From assembly GCA_043814095.1 (NCBI GenBank), contig JBDRKI010000044.1:1-25756 (forward strand): a stretch of 25,756 nucleotides of DNA. Reading direction: 5' to 3'. Positions 25,686-25,756 of the stretch are shown here, piece after piece; positions within the stretch are counted from its first letter, which is position 1, and each line of letters starts with the position of its first letter. Below the pieces are notes generated by a model. It was not told the origin of the DNA, did not search any database, and worked only from the letters and a program-made list of their open reading frames with translations. Both the position numbers and the translations under genes were made by a program. The DNA comes from Armatimonadota bacterium (GTDB lineage Bacteria > Vulcanimicrobiota > JACPDS01 > JBDRKI01).

Positions 25686-25756
25686 TTATGTTCTCCCGGG
25701 GATTTTTTCGAGATTATTTATATTCTGTTTTTTTATCTCTTCCAACTGACTGGTTA
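25686..25756 (-). CDS. Possible 3' end of a minus-strand gene entering from outside the window
   Basis: Open frame ...TSQLEEIKKQNINNLEKIPGRT* ending just before the terminator hairpin. Confidence 0.35.
   Translation of the reverse strand, partial: TSQLEEIKKQNINNLEKIPGRT

Overview
Bacterial window, probably from an anaerobe, since it carries the 5' part of an AhbC/NirJ1-type alternative-heme radical SAM gene. The flanks are ordinary: His-rich Ni/Co-type transporter, 8-oxoG glycosylase, MNT antitoxin with a deleted HEPN partner, M2/M3-type and M49-type metallopeptidases, OPT oligopeptide transporter, tandem universal stress proteins and a PLP enzyme. The centre (4343-17708) is the notable part. 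A tightly packed + strand operon of about 10.6 kb opens with four type IV minor-pilin/pseudopilin genes. It continues into a 172-aa protein with a signal/leader-like N-terminus and a core holding 18 Cys with seven CxC motifs, then a double-module B12-type radical SAM, a membrane-anchored LolA-like protein, a second B12-type radical SAM and a SPASM radical SAM with a C-terminal RRE-like domain. Immediately after come an exported transglutaminase-like/TPR protein and a LynF/TruF/PatF-family peptide prenyltransferase. I read this as a candidate undescribed RiPP-like or surface-protein modification system coupled to pilins. All family calls come from motif recognition by eye; no database search was run.
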